Origin: Candidatus Woesearchaeota archaeon
GTDB taxonomy: Archaea; Nanobdellota; Nanobdellia; SCGC-AAA011-G17; PNOQ01
Length of the DNA: 62,454 nt
Direction: 5' to 3'
Assembly (NCBI GenBank): GCA_964448715.1
Contig: CAYUWX010000001.1
Span: forward strand, 1 to 62,454
A model generated the notes under the pieces. The model saw only the letters and a list, made by a program, of their open reading frames with translations, was not told where the DNA came from and ran no database searches. Both the position numbers and the translations under genes were made by a program. The stretch's first letter is position 1; the number at the start of each line of letters is the position of its first letter. This document shows positions 9,690 to 17,364 of the stretch, piece by piece.

Positions 9690-11348
9690 ATGGATTATAA
9701 AAAAAAGATAATTAATTTTCTAAATAAAGAATTAAATGAAAAATTAAATACTAATATATTAGAAATCCCTCCTTCTGAAGAATTAGGAGAATATTCTCTT
9801 CCATGTTTTATTTTTTCAAAAAAATTAAAAAAAGACCCAGTAAAACTAGCAAAAGATTTAGAAAAAATAAAATTCCCTAATTTTATAGAAAAAGTAAAAG
9901 CAATTGGGCCTTACTTAAATTTATATTTAAATAAAGAAAAAATTCTAAAACAAATTTACAATAAAAAAAAGGATTATGGTAGAAATAATAAAAAAGAAAA
10001 AATAATGATAGAATTTTCTAATCCTAACCCTTTCAAAGGTTTTCATATAGGGCATTTAAGAAATGCAATTATTGGGGAGAGTGTAACAAGATTACTTAAA
10101 TTTCAAGGATATAATGTAATGCCTGTAAATTATTATAATGATACTGGTAAACATGTTACAAAAACAATATGGGGTTTAGAAAATTTAAATATACCAAAGC
10201 CAGAGGACAACGATTTAGGAGAATGGTTAGGAAATATTTATTCAGAAAGTTCCAAGAAAGGAAAAGAAGAAGATTTTAGTAAAATTCATCAAAAATTAGA
10301 AAACAAAGATAAAAAATACATAAAATTATTCAAACAAGGATTAAAATGGAGCGAAGATCATTTTGATAATATTTACAAAGATTTAGATATAAAATTTTCA
10401 AAAATATATTATGATTCAAATTATATACTTAAAGGGAAAAAAATAATAAATGAATTATTAAAAAAGAAAATAGCTAAAGAAGATGAAGGTGCAATAATAT
10501 CAAATTTAGAAAAATATAAATTAAATACATTAATTCTTTTAAGATCAGATAAAACTTCTATGTATATAACTAAAGATCTTGCAATGGCAATAGATAGAAT
10601 AAATAAATTCAAATTAGATAGTTCTATTTATGTTGTAGGAAGTGAACAAAAATTACATTTTCAACAATTATTCAAATTATTAGAATTATATGGTTACAAA
10701 CAAGCAAAAAAATGTTACCACTTATCTTATGGATTAGTAAGTTTACCAGAAGGAAATATGTCTTCCAGATCAGGAAATATTATTTTATATAAAGAACTCA
10801 AAAGAAAATTATTAAATTTATTGGAAAAAGAAATAGAAAAAAGACATAAAGATAAATCTAAATTACAAAAAGAAAAAATAATAAAAGACATTTTTTCGGC
10901 AGCAATAAAATTTGATATGATTTTACATGATACAAATAAAGGAATAACATTTGATTTAAAAAAATCAATATCTTTTGAAGGAGATACTGGGCCATATATT
11001 CAATATGCACATACTAGGGCAAATTCTATTTTAAAAAAATCAAAAATCAAAATTACAAATAAAGTAGATTATAGTTTATTGACAAATAAAGAAGAACAAA
11101 ACTTAATTTCAAAATTATCTATGTTTCCAGAAATAACAAAAAATGCAGCAGAACAACATAAACCAAATATACTTGCTCAATATTTATTAAAATTATCTCA
11201 TCTATTCAGCGATTTTTATCATAATTGCCCATGTATAATAGAGGATAAAGAAATTCAAAAAGCAAGAATTCTTTTAGTAGACTGTACTAAACAAGTATTA
11301 AATAAAGGATTATATCTCCTAGGAATAAACGCACCTATAGAAATGTAG
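9690..11348 (+). CDS. argS: Arginyl-tRNA synthetase
   Basis: 552 aa with SNPNPFKGFHIGHLRN (HIGH region), an MSSRSG KMSKS-like loop and the typical C-terminal ...IEM ending. Confidence 0.9.
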   Translation: MDYKKKIINFLNKELNEKLNTNILEIPPSEELGEYSLPCFIFSKKLKKDPVKLAKDLEKIKFPNFIEKVKAIGPYLNLYLNKEKILKQIYNKKKDYGRNNKKEKIMIEFSNPNPFKGFHIGHLRNAIIGESVTRLLKFQGYNVMPVNYYNDTGKHVTKTIWGLENLNIPKPEDNDLGEWLGNIYSESSKKGKEEDFSKIHQKLENKDKKYIKLFKQGLKWSEDHFDNIYKDLDIKFSKIYYDSNYILKGKKIINELLKKKIAKEDEGAIISNLEKYKLNTLILLRSDKTSMYITKDLAMAIDRINKFKLDSSIYVVGSEQKLHFQQLFKLLELYGYKQAKKCYHLSYGLVSLPEGNMSSRSGNIILYKELKRKLLNLLEKEIEKRHKDKSKLQKEKIIKDIFSAAIKFDMILHDTNKGITFDLKKSISFEGDTGPYIQYAHTRANSILKKSKIKITNKVDYSLLTNKEEQNLISKLSMFPEITKNAAEQHKPNILAQYLLKLSHLFSDFYHNCPCIIEDKEIQKARILLVDCTKQVLNKGLYLLGINAPIEM

Positions 11349-11394
11349 AAACACTTATAAACATATTAAAAATCCTAAACTTTGGTGATGCCAA

Positions 11395-11799
11395 ATGCCT
11401 ATAGTAGGATTTAATTTCGATAAAATCGGAGCAAAGAAAGATAATAAGATAACAGGAAAAGTTCAAATAAAGAATAATATAAATATCTCTTCAGTAGAGC
11501 AAGAAAAATTATCTGTAACTAGTTCAGAAGATATTTTAAAATTTAATTTTGAATTTAAAACGACATATGAGCCAAAAATAGGTGGATTACAAATTAATGG
11601 ACATGTATTATATATGGATGAACCCAAAAAAATAGAAGAAATAATGAGTTCTTGGAAAAAAAATAAATCTTTACCTAAAACTCTTTCACCATTAATAATA
11701 AATACTGTTTTAGCAAAATGTAATATCAAGGCTTTAACTTTAAGTCAGGATGTAAATTTACCTCCTCATATTAAACTGCCTATTGTTAAATCAAATTAA
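11395..11799 (+). CDS. Hypothetical protein with weak SecB-like resemblance
   Basis: 134 aa. The C-terminal LAKCNIKALTLSQDVNLPPHIKLP segment loosely resembles the SecB C-terminal region. Not verifiable here. Confidence 0.4.
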   Translation: MPIVGFNFDKIGAKKDNKITGKVQIKNNINISSVEQEKLSVTSSEDILKFNFEFKTTYEPKIGGLQINGHVLYMDEPKKIEEIMSSWKKNKSLPKTLSPLIINTVLAKCNIKALTLSQDVNLPPHIKLPIVKSN

Positions 11800-12069
11800 A
11801 AGAATTCTTTAAGTTCTTTTCTTTCTTTTTCTCTTTTTTGTGCTTCTTCCCAATCACACTTTTCATCCTTCATTATATTCAAAATCTTTATTTCTTTGTT
11901 CATACTTCTATTTTAAAAAATTCATTTATATATATTTTCTATATCCATCATATCTATTTTCATGTGTATATTATACTCCGATATTACTCTTAAATTAATA
12001 AATGAATTCGTCAATTAAAGTAATAAAACCAATAGAAAATTTTTTAAATAGTTAAAATAAAAAAAAGGT

Positions 12070-12954
12070 ATGGATAGAAAATTAGCAGTGATATTATCTG
12101 CAATACTAGTTGCATTAATAGGTCCGATTATAAAGATAATTTCTCCTAACATCCACCCCTTAAGTATAAATTTTTTTAGATTACTTTTTGCATTTTTATT
12201 TTTATTAATCTTAATGCCCTTCATGGAAAAAAATGTTTTTAGGGTCTCAAAAAGAGATATAAAAGAATATATTTTTATGGGGTTCTTAATAGCATTAACA
12301 TTTAGTTTATATGTTTTAGCACTATCTTTAGCCCCTGTATCAAATGTAGTAGTTATAAGTGGATTCAGCGTAATTTTTGTAGCAATATTATCGTTATTAA
12401 TTCTTAAAGAACATTTAAAATTTAATCAAAAAATTTCAATTTTTATTGCAATAATAGGTTTAGCAATAATTAATCCATTTAATTTAAGTAATCAATATTT
12501 TTTAGGAAATATGATTGCATTTTTTCAAACTATTTCATTTAGTTTTTTAATAGTATATCTTAGAAAAGAAGAAAAGAAACATTCTTTAAGTTCATTAATG
12601 TGGTTCTTTCTTTTTGCAACATTATTTTTATCGCCAATGGTATTTATATTTGGAATAGGTACAAATTTTTTAAATATATTGCCTTATTTAATTTTTTTAG
12701 GAATATTTACAACAGGAGTAGCATACCTTTTATTATCATATGGTGCTCAAAAATTACATGCCGATTTAGTTTCAATAATAAATATGATCACCGTTCCTTT
12801 AGCAGCAATTTTATTTGCAATGATATTAATTAATGAAACGCCAAGCATAAGAATATTAATTGGAGGAACCATATTAATTAGTTCAGGAGTAGTTTTACAT
12901 TACATAAGAAAGAAACATATAAAAGCGATTAAAAAACAATTACATATATGTTAG
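12070..12954 (+). CDS. EamA/DMT-family transporter
   Basis: 294 aa with about 10 hydrophobic helices in two repeated halves, as expected for the drug/metabolite transporter superfamily. Confidence 0.7.
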   Translation: MDRKLAVILSAILVALIGPIIKIISPNIHPLSINFFRLLFAFLFLLILMPFMEKNVFRVSKRDIKEYIFMGFLIALTFSLYVLALSLAPVSNVVVISGFSVIFVAILSLLILKEHLKFNQKISIFIAIIGLAIINPFNLSNQYFLGNMIAFFQTISFSFLIVYLRKEEKKHSLSSLMWFFLFATLFLSPMVFIFGIGTNFLNILPYLIFLGIFTTGVAYLLLSYGAQKLHADLVSIINMITVPLAAILFAMILINETPSIRILIGGTILISSGVVLHYIRKKHIKAIKKQLHIC

Positions 12955-13463
12955 ATGAAGAATTAATTGATAATCCAAGGTGGAAAAAAGTTTTAATAGG
13001 AATAACAGGTTTATTTTTATTGTTTTTAATTCTATCTTATTTTTTAATTAGTTATCCTGTTTATCCTATTTTAGCTAGTTTATTTGAATCAAAAGTAGCA
13101 GAAAATAAAACAATAGAGTTTGATAAATTTTCAATAATTTTCACAGATGATAATTATGATAGATTACAAACATATTATCACCATGATCTATCTGTGGAAA
13201 TGGTAGTATGTCTTAAAGGAATAATAGAAAATAATTATATTATAGATGAAATATATCAACCAGAAATAATAGAACAAACATATAATCACGTAACATTTAA
13301 ACCTTGTTCGTCAGATACATTAATTTTATTGCATTCACAACCATTTAGACATTGTATTGCTTCAGAACAAGATATGAAAACTTTAGATATAATAAAAAAT
13401 AGAAATAAGGATTCAATAATGGTAATAATGTGTGAACCAGATAGATTTTCTTTATACACTTAA
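12948..13463 (+). CDS. Membrane-anchored JAMM/MPN-like domain protein with a variant metal site
   Basis: N-terminal transmembrane helix followed by SVEMVVCLKG ... LLHSQPFRHCIASEQD. Spacing is identical to the JAMM motif E...H-x-H-x7-S-x2-D, but Gln replaces the second His. Confidence 0.4.
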   Translation: MLDEELIDNPRWKKVLIGITGLFLLFLILSYFLISYPVYPILASLFESKVAENKTIEFDKFSIIFTDDNYDRLQTYYHHDLSVEMVVCLKGIIENNYIIDEIYQPEIIEQTYNHVTFKPCSSDTLILLHSQPFRHCIASEQDMKTLDIIKNRNKDSIMVIMCEPDRFSLYT

Positions 13464-13495
13464 AATTTATATACTATTAAATTTTTAATTTAATT

Positions 13496-13969
13496 ATGTT
13501 TATTAGAAAGAAAAAAATAAGTGGAAAAGAATATGCTTATTTAATTAATAATAGATATAATAAGAGAAAAAAACAATCAAGACAGAAGTCAACAAAATAT
13601 TTAGGAAAAGTTATTAAATTATCAAACTTCGACAATCCTACACATGCTTCGACAGTCAGACAATCAATAATTAATGAATTTTCACAAAGAGGATTTAAAT
13701 TAAATAATAATAAATTAATCAATAAAGATATAATGATTGATTTAGAAAATTTAACTGTAACATGTAAGAATAAATCTATTTGTTTAGAATTAAACGAAGG
13801 ATTCTTATGTGATCATACTCTCATAAATTTAATCAATTTTAATGATGAAGATTTAAATCAAAAAGAAATGGTTCACAAATTTGCAGATGCATTTGTATCT
13901 GCAGGTATAAATTTACATCATGACTCTTTTATAGAATTATTTAAAAATAGATTAAACCCTCAAATTTAA
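13496..13969 (+). CDS. Hypothetical protein with a basic N-terminal beta-hairpin-like motif
   Basis: 157 aa. The N-terminus MFIRKKKISGKEYAYLINNRYNKRKKQSRQKSTKYLGKV resembles the N-termini of IS1634-type transposases and some archaeal element proteins. The gene carries two CGACA boxes (13626-13666). Confidence 0.45.
   Translation: MFIRKKKISGKEYAYLINNRYNKRKKQSRQKSTKYLGKVIKLSNFDNPTHASTVRQSIINEFSQRGFKLNNNKLINKDIMIDLENLTVTCKNKSICLELNEGFLCDHTLINLINFNDEDLNQKEMVHKFADAFVSAGINLHHDSFIELFKNRLNPQI
13626..13666 (+). repeat. Composite CGACA-box motif, copy 1 (ACTTCGACAATCCT + 8 nt + CTTCGACAGTCAGAC)
   Basis: Both half-motifs recur exactly at 14038-14065. Confidence 0.8.
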
Positions 13970-14013
13970 CCATATAATGCCTTATTCTCTCATAATTTAA
14001 GGATTTAATAATA

Positions 14014-14844
14014 GTGCCTAATTCTAAAAAACTCTCACTTCGACAATCCTTCGACAGTCAGACGACACAAAATAGACACTTCGACAACATAAAATCTTAT
14101 ATAATGAATATGATTACTCTTTTTGAATTAAAATTGGTGAATTTAGTATCAATAAAGGGTTCTTTTAAGAGAATTAAGGAAGAGATTAATAACTCAAATG
14201 CTAAAATAACGTCATTAGAAGACCAAATAAGGAAAATTAACTATAAATTAGATACATTATTAGAACAAAAAAACAAAAATTTATCTAAAAAATCGCTTGA
14301 TTTTAGTAAATTTGAAGGTTTAGAGGCCCCTAATGTCCAAATTAATAAAAGTTCCACAGGAAATGAAGGGGTCCTACGCCGACAATCAGACGACAAAGAG
14401 ACGACAATCAGACGACAAAGAGACGACAATCAGACAATAAAAAGCCGACAATACGACAATAAAACTATAAAAAAATTAGATAATTTTTATGATATTAAAA
14501 CATACAAAAAAGAACTAGAATCTAGGTTTTTAAGCCTTACAGATGCACAATTTAGGGTTTTTATGGCTATATATAGAATAGAAGAAAGATCAAATAATTC
14601 AGTAACTTATGCGGAAATAGCGTCGGAATTAACATTATCTCAAAGTTCTATAAGAGATTATGTTAGTGATTTATTATTAAGAAAAATTCCACTCACCAAA
14701 CATAGTTCTCCAAATAGGAAAGTGTTCTTATCTGTCCAAAAAGAGTTCAAAAACTTAAATATTTTAGAAAATTTACATGCATTACGAGAAAAAGATCTCT
14801 CACAAACTAGATTATCTGGTCAATTACATAATTTCTTGCACTAA
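14014..14844 (+). CDS. Coiled-coil / winged-helix DNA-binding protein, paralogue A
   Basis: 276 aa with a GTG start in the track; the internal Met at MNMITLF is an alternative. It has an N-terminal coiled-coil-like segment, a low-complexity linker encoded by 22-bp DNA repeats, and a C-terminal wHTH (LTDAQFRVFMAIYRIEE...VTYAEIASELTLSQSSIRDYVSDLLLRKIPL). Confidence 0.6.
   Translation: MPNSKKLSLRQSFDSQTTQNRHFDNIKSYIMNMITLFELKLVNLVSIKGSFKRIKEEINNSNAKITSLEDQIRKINYKLDTLLEQKNKNLSKKSLDFSKFEGLEAPNVQINKSSTGNEGVLRRQSDDKETTIRRQRDDNQTIKSRQYDNKTIKKLDNFYDIKTYKKELESRFLSLTDAQFRVFMAIYRIEERSNNSVTYAEIASELTLSQSSIRDYVSDLLLRKIPLTKHSSPNRKVFLSVQKEFKNLNILENLHALREKDLSQTRLSGQLHNFLH
14038..14089 (+). repeat. CGACA-box cluster at the 5' end of paralogue A (composite motif copy 2 plus two further boxes)
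   Basis: ACTTCGACAATCC-TTCGACAGTCAGA-CGACAC...ACTTCGACAAC. CGACA cores at 14042, 14053 and 14064 are spaced 11 bp apart; a fourth lies at 14083. Confidence 0.8.
14380..14467 (+). repeat. Tandem 22-bp repeat x4 (two exact, two degenerate), with an 11-bp sub-period
   Basis: Copies 14380-14401 and 14402-14423 are both CGACAATCAGACGACAAAGAGA. Copy 3 is CGACAATCAGACAATAAAAAGC and copy 4 is CGACAATACGACAATAAAACTA. Confidence 0.9.
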
Positions 14845-14874
14845 TTTAATTAAAATTAATTATTTATTAAGATA

Positions 14875-15495
14875 TTAACTCTCACTTTTTATTTTTTTTA
14901 ATGGTTTCTTTGTATATTTAATTAATATTTCTCTCTTTTTTATATCATTTATAAAAAATCTTTTCTTACCATTACTTTCACTTTTTTCTTCTAAGAGTCC
15001 AGGAATTTTCTTTTTTATATTATTTATTTGCCCTCTCACCGTAGATTCATCTTTTCCAAGTATTCTAGATAGATCTTCATAACTAAGCACTATATCTGTA
15101 TTTAACAAACTCCATACTATTGTTCTTTCCATTGCAGTTAATCTAAATAATTCTTTCTCCATATCTGTTTGGACAGATATTTCTTGTTGTTTGGACACAC
15201 TGTCCGTTTGTTTTGGACAAACAACTGTTTGTATTTGTTTGGACAGCTGTTTGGACACATCTTCTTGAGGTGTTTGTTCTACAAGATTTAACATAAACTC
15301 TTCAATAATTTTTAATCTAGAATCCATATCTTCTAAAATTTCACCATGAGTAGTTTTTGTTTCATCCAAATGTTTAATCCATTCTCCGACACCACTCATA
15401 TCTTCTTTTATTTTAGAAAAAGAATCATTTAAAGTATCATGTAAATGAGAAAACTTTTTTTCAAGATCACCTTTTTTTCTAAAAAAATTAAACAT
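14875..15495 (-). CDS. Coiled-coil / winged-helix DNA-binding protein, paralogue B
   Basis: 206 aa with the same architecture as paralogue A: coiled-coil-like N-terminus, a Q/K/S-rich linker encoded by TTGGACA boxes, and a wHTH (LTAMERTIVWSLLNTDIVLSYEDLSRILGKDESTVRGQINNIKKKIPGL). It shares the S-x-[IV]R...KIP[LG] pattern with A. Confidence 0.6.
   Translation of the reverse strand: MFNFFRKKGDLEKKFSHLHDTLNDSFSKIKEDMSGVGEWIKHLDETKTTHGEILEDMDSRLKIIEEFMLNLVEQTPQEDVSKQLSKQIQTVVCPKQTDSVSKQQEISVQTDMEKELFRLTAMERTIVWSLLNTDIVLSYEDLSRILGKDESTVRGQINNIKKKIPGLLEEKSESNGKKRFFINDIKKREILIKYTKKPLKKIKSES
15166..15257 (+). repeat. Array of five direct TTGGACA boxes plus one inverted copy
   Basis: Cores start at 15169, 15191 and 15213 (22-bp spacing), then at 15239 and 15251. 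An inverted TGTCC at 15201-15205 forms the palindrome GGACACACTGTCC. Confidence 0.9.
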
Positions 15496-15589
15496 ATTAT
15501 ATTCTTAGAATAACTTATTATTAAACTTTTTGTTTTTTTCCATAAAATTTATATATATCAATAATTAAAATATAAAAAGAGGAGGAAAA

Positions 15590-15775
15590 ATGCCTAGAAA
15601 AAAAATAAAAAAAAGAAATTTTGAATTGCCAGATGGTTTAACATTAGCATTATATTTAATATCTTTTATTCTTATGATTTTTGGTGCATGGTATCATAAA
15701 ATAAATTGGATATTATTAGGATTTATACCATTTATAGTATCATTATGGTATCAATATATGAATCTACATTTATAA
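15590..15775 (+). CDS. Hypothetical small membrane protein
   Basis: 61 aa with two hydrophobic helices. A strong Shine-Dalgarno sequence (GAGGAGG) lies 5 nt upstream of the ATG. Confidence 0.4.
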   Translation: MPRKKIKKRNFELPDGLTLALYLISFILMIFGAWYHKINWILLGFIPFIVSLWYQYMNLHL

Positions 15776-15849
15776 TTTTTCTTTTTTTCTTTACTTTTAA
15801 GTTGTAACAAATAGAAAGGTTTTTAAATCATCAATTCTAAAATTTAAGT

Positions 15850-16113
15850 ATGGTACATGAAATACACACTTTAGAAAATAGAACACAAATAATTGAAGAT
15901 AAAGTATGGCATTATACTTGTAATTCTCCAAGTTTAAAAATATTAAATAAATATGGTATTGATCCAATAGGTGACAAATATAATTGTCATGACCATAGGG
16001 AAGTTTTATTAATTCCACTAAAAGTATATCATAAATTAGGATTAGTTCCTACAAATGACATGAATGTATTAACCATACAAAGCGAATCTCTTTTAAAAAA
16101 ATTAGATTCCTAA
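15850..16113 (+). CDS. Hypothetical protein
   Basis: 87 aa with no recognisable family. Preferred over the overlapping antisense ORF 15797-16018 only because it is co-oriented with neighbours and has less low-complexity content. Confidence 0.3.
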   Translation: MVHEIHTLENRTQIIEDKVWHYTCNSPSLKILNKYGIDPIGDKYNCHDHREVLLIPLKVYHKLGLVPTNDMNVLTIQSESLLKKLDS

Positions 16114-16135
16114 AACCTTTAATCAAAACTTAAAA
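16112..16135 (+). repeat. Single copy of the TTTAATCAAAACT unit plus flank, abutting the ATG of ORF 16136
   Basis: AAAACCTTTAATCAAAACTTAAAA matches 17407-17430 at 23 of 24 positions. The 18-mer TTTAATCAAAACTTAAAA is exact. Confidence 0.8.
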
Positions 16136-16447
16136 ATGAAAAAATCAACTATAATATACTCTAAAAAAGATTTTTTTTCTAAAAAAGATTTAGAAAAAAT
16201 AATCAATTTTTCAGAAGAAAAAGAAAAGATAGAAATAATTAATGATAAAAGAGGATTCATCTATTTATATAGAAATAGTCAAACAAAAAGAAAGATCAAA
16301 CCAACTTATGTTTCAAATTTATCAAAATATAATTTTTCTGAGGATAATATCAAAAATTTATTAAATCAAAAAAATATCAATTATGTTAGAATATTTACTA
16401 AACCAAATGATTTAGAAATTAGTGCAGGAAATTATTGCAATTTTTAA
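16136..16447 (+). CDS. Hypothetical protein
   Basis: 103 aa, lysine-rich, no recognisable family. It lies immediately upstream of the recombinase. Confidence 0.4.
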   Translation: MKKSTIIYSKKDFFSKKDLEKIINFSEEKEKIEIINDKRGFIYLYRNSQTKRKIKPTYVSNLSKYNFSEDNIKNLLNQKNINYVRIFTKPNDLEISAGNYCNF

Positions 16448-16470
16448 TTTTTAGAAAGATTTTTATAGAA

Positions 16471-16505
16471 TTATTCCAATAAGGTTAACTATTATTCCAA
16501 TAAGG
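16471..16505 (+). promoter_or_regulatory. Two exact copies of the 14-mer TTATTCCAATAAGG, 21 bp apart, upstream of the recombinase gene
   Basis: Copies at 16471-16484 and 16492-16505. Each contains the dyad TTATT-CC-AATAA. They lie 64-98 nt upstream of the recombinase ATG. Confidence 0.6.
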
Positions 16506-16568
16506 GAACCCTTTTTGGAAGTCATTAAACCTACAAATTAGGGCAATACTGGCCAAAACAAGCAAAAA

Positions 16569-17351
16569 ATGGGTGATACTAAACTTAAAACTGCAATCTA
16601 TGTAAGAGTTTCTACAGATGAGCAAGCAAAAGAAGGAATTTCTATGGATGCACAGATTCAAAAGTGCAAATCTTATTGTGATGCAAGAGATTGGGAAGCA
16701 ACTCAAATATATACAGATGCGGGACAATCTGCAGGAACAATGAATAGGCCTGCAGTTCAACAATTAATTAAAGATTTAGATCACGGAAAATTTCAAAATA
16801 TATTAGTTTACAAATTTGATAGATTTTCTAGGAATCTTAGAGATCTTATTTCATTTTTAGATAATATAAAAAAGAAAGGAATTAATTTTACTTCTGTAAC
16901 TGAAAATATAGATACAACAACCGCAATGGGTGAAGCATTTTTTCAAATGATAGGTGTTTTTGCACAATTAGAGAGAGGAATGGTAAAAGAGAGAGTTAAA
17001 TTAGCTTTCGATAAGAAGGCAGAAGATGGAGGGGCACTCAATAGGCCGCCATTTGGATATAGATTTAGGCAAAAAAAGATGATACCTCATGAAAATGAGT
17101 CAGAAATAGTTAAAGATATTTTTGAAATGAGGTCAAGAGGGATAAATTATAAAGATATTTCAGATAAATTTTCAATACCTATATCAACATTATATAACAT
17201 AATTAAAAATCCTGTTTACGTCGGTAAAATAAGATATAAGGGTAAATTGTATAAGGGGGCACATAAGGCATTAATCAAAGAAGAAATTTTTTCAAAAATA
17301 AATCCTAGTCATTTAGGGGAACAAAAACTTTTAATCAAAGATAATAAATAG
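16569..17351 (+). CDS. Serine recombinase (resolvase/invertase catalytic domain plus a short recombinase-domain/HTH tail)
   Basis: AIYVRVSTDEQ (catalytic Ser context), GISMDAQ, FDRFSRN, and a C-terminal PPFGYRF...IVKDIFEMRSRGINYKDISDKF...IIKNPVYVGK. At 260 aa it lacks the zinc-ribbon/coiled-coil of large serine integrases. Confidence 0.85.
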   Translation: MGDTKLKTAIYVRVSTDEQAKEGISMDAQIQKCKSYCDARDWEATQIYTDAGQSAGTMNRPAVQQLIKDLDHGKFQNILVYKFDRFSRNLRDLISFLDNIKKKGINFTSVTENIDTTTAMGEAFFQMIGVFAQLERGMVKERVKLAFDKKAEDGGALNRPPFGYRFRQKKMIPHENESEIVKDIFEMRSRGINYKDISDKFSIPISTLYNIIKNPVYVGKIRYKGKLYKGAHKALIKEEIFSKINPSHLGEQKLLIKDNK

Positions 17352-17364
17352 TATGCCTAAATAA

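Noticed and set aside
11796-11903. 35-aa minus-strand ORF (MNKEIKILNIMKDEKCDWEEAQKREKERKELKEFF) in the 270-bp spacer after ORF 11395
   Set aside because: It has no Shine-Dalgarno sequence and no recognisable family, and it is too short to support from sequence alone. It would be worth a look only if the frame is conserved in relatives.
10421-12833. ORFs 10421-10612, 11463-11729 and 12015-12224 (all minus), and 12600-12833 (plus)
   Set aside because: They are antisense or out-of-frame overlaps with argS, ORF 11395 and the EamA transporter, with no motifs.
15797-16018. 73-aa minus-strand ORF overlapping ORF 15850-16113
   Set aside because: Only one of the two can be real. The minus-strand product is hydrophobic and low-complexity, and it opposes the local gene orientation. 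The choice remains uncertain.
16485-16763. 92-aa minus-strand Cys-rich ORF overlapping the recombinase start
   Set aside because: It is antisense to the N-terminal catalytic domain of a clearly recognisable serine recombinase.
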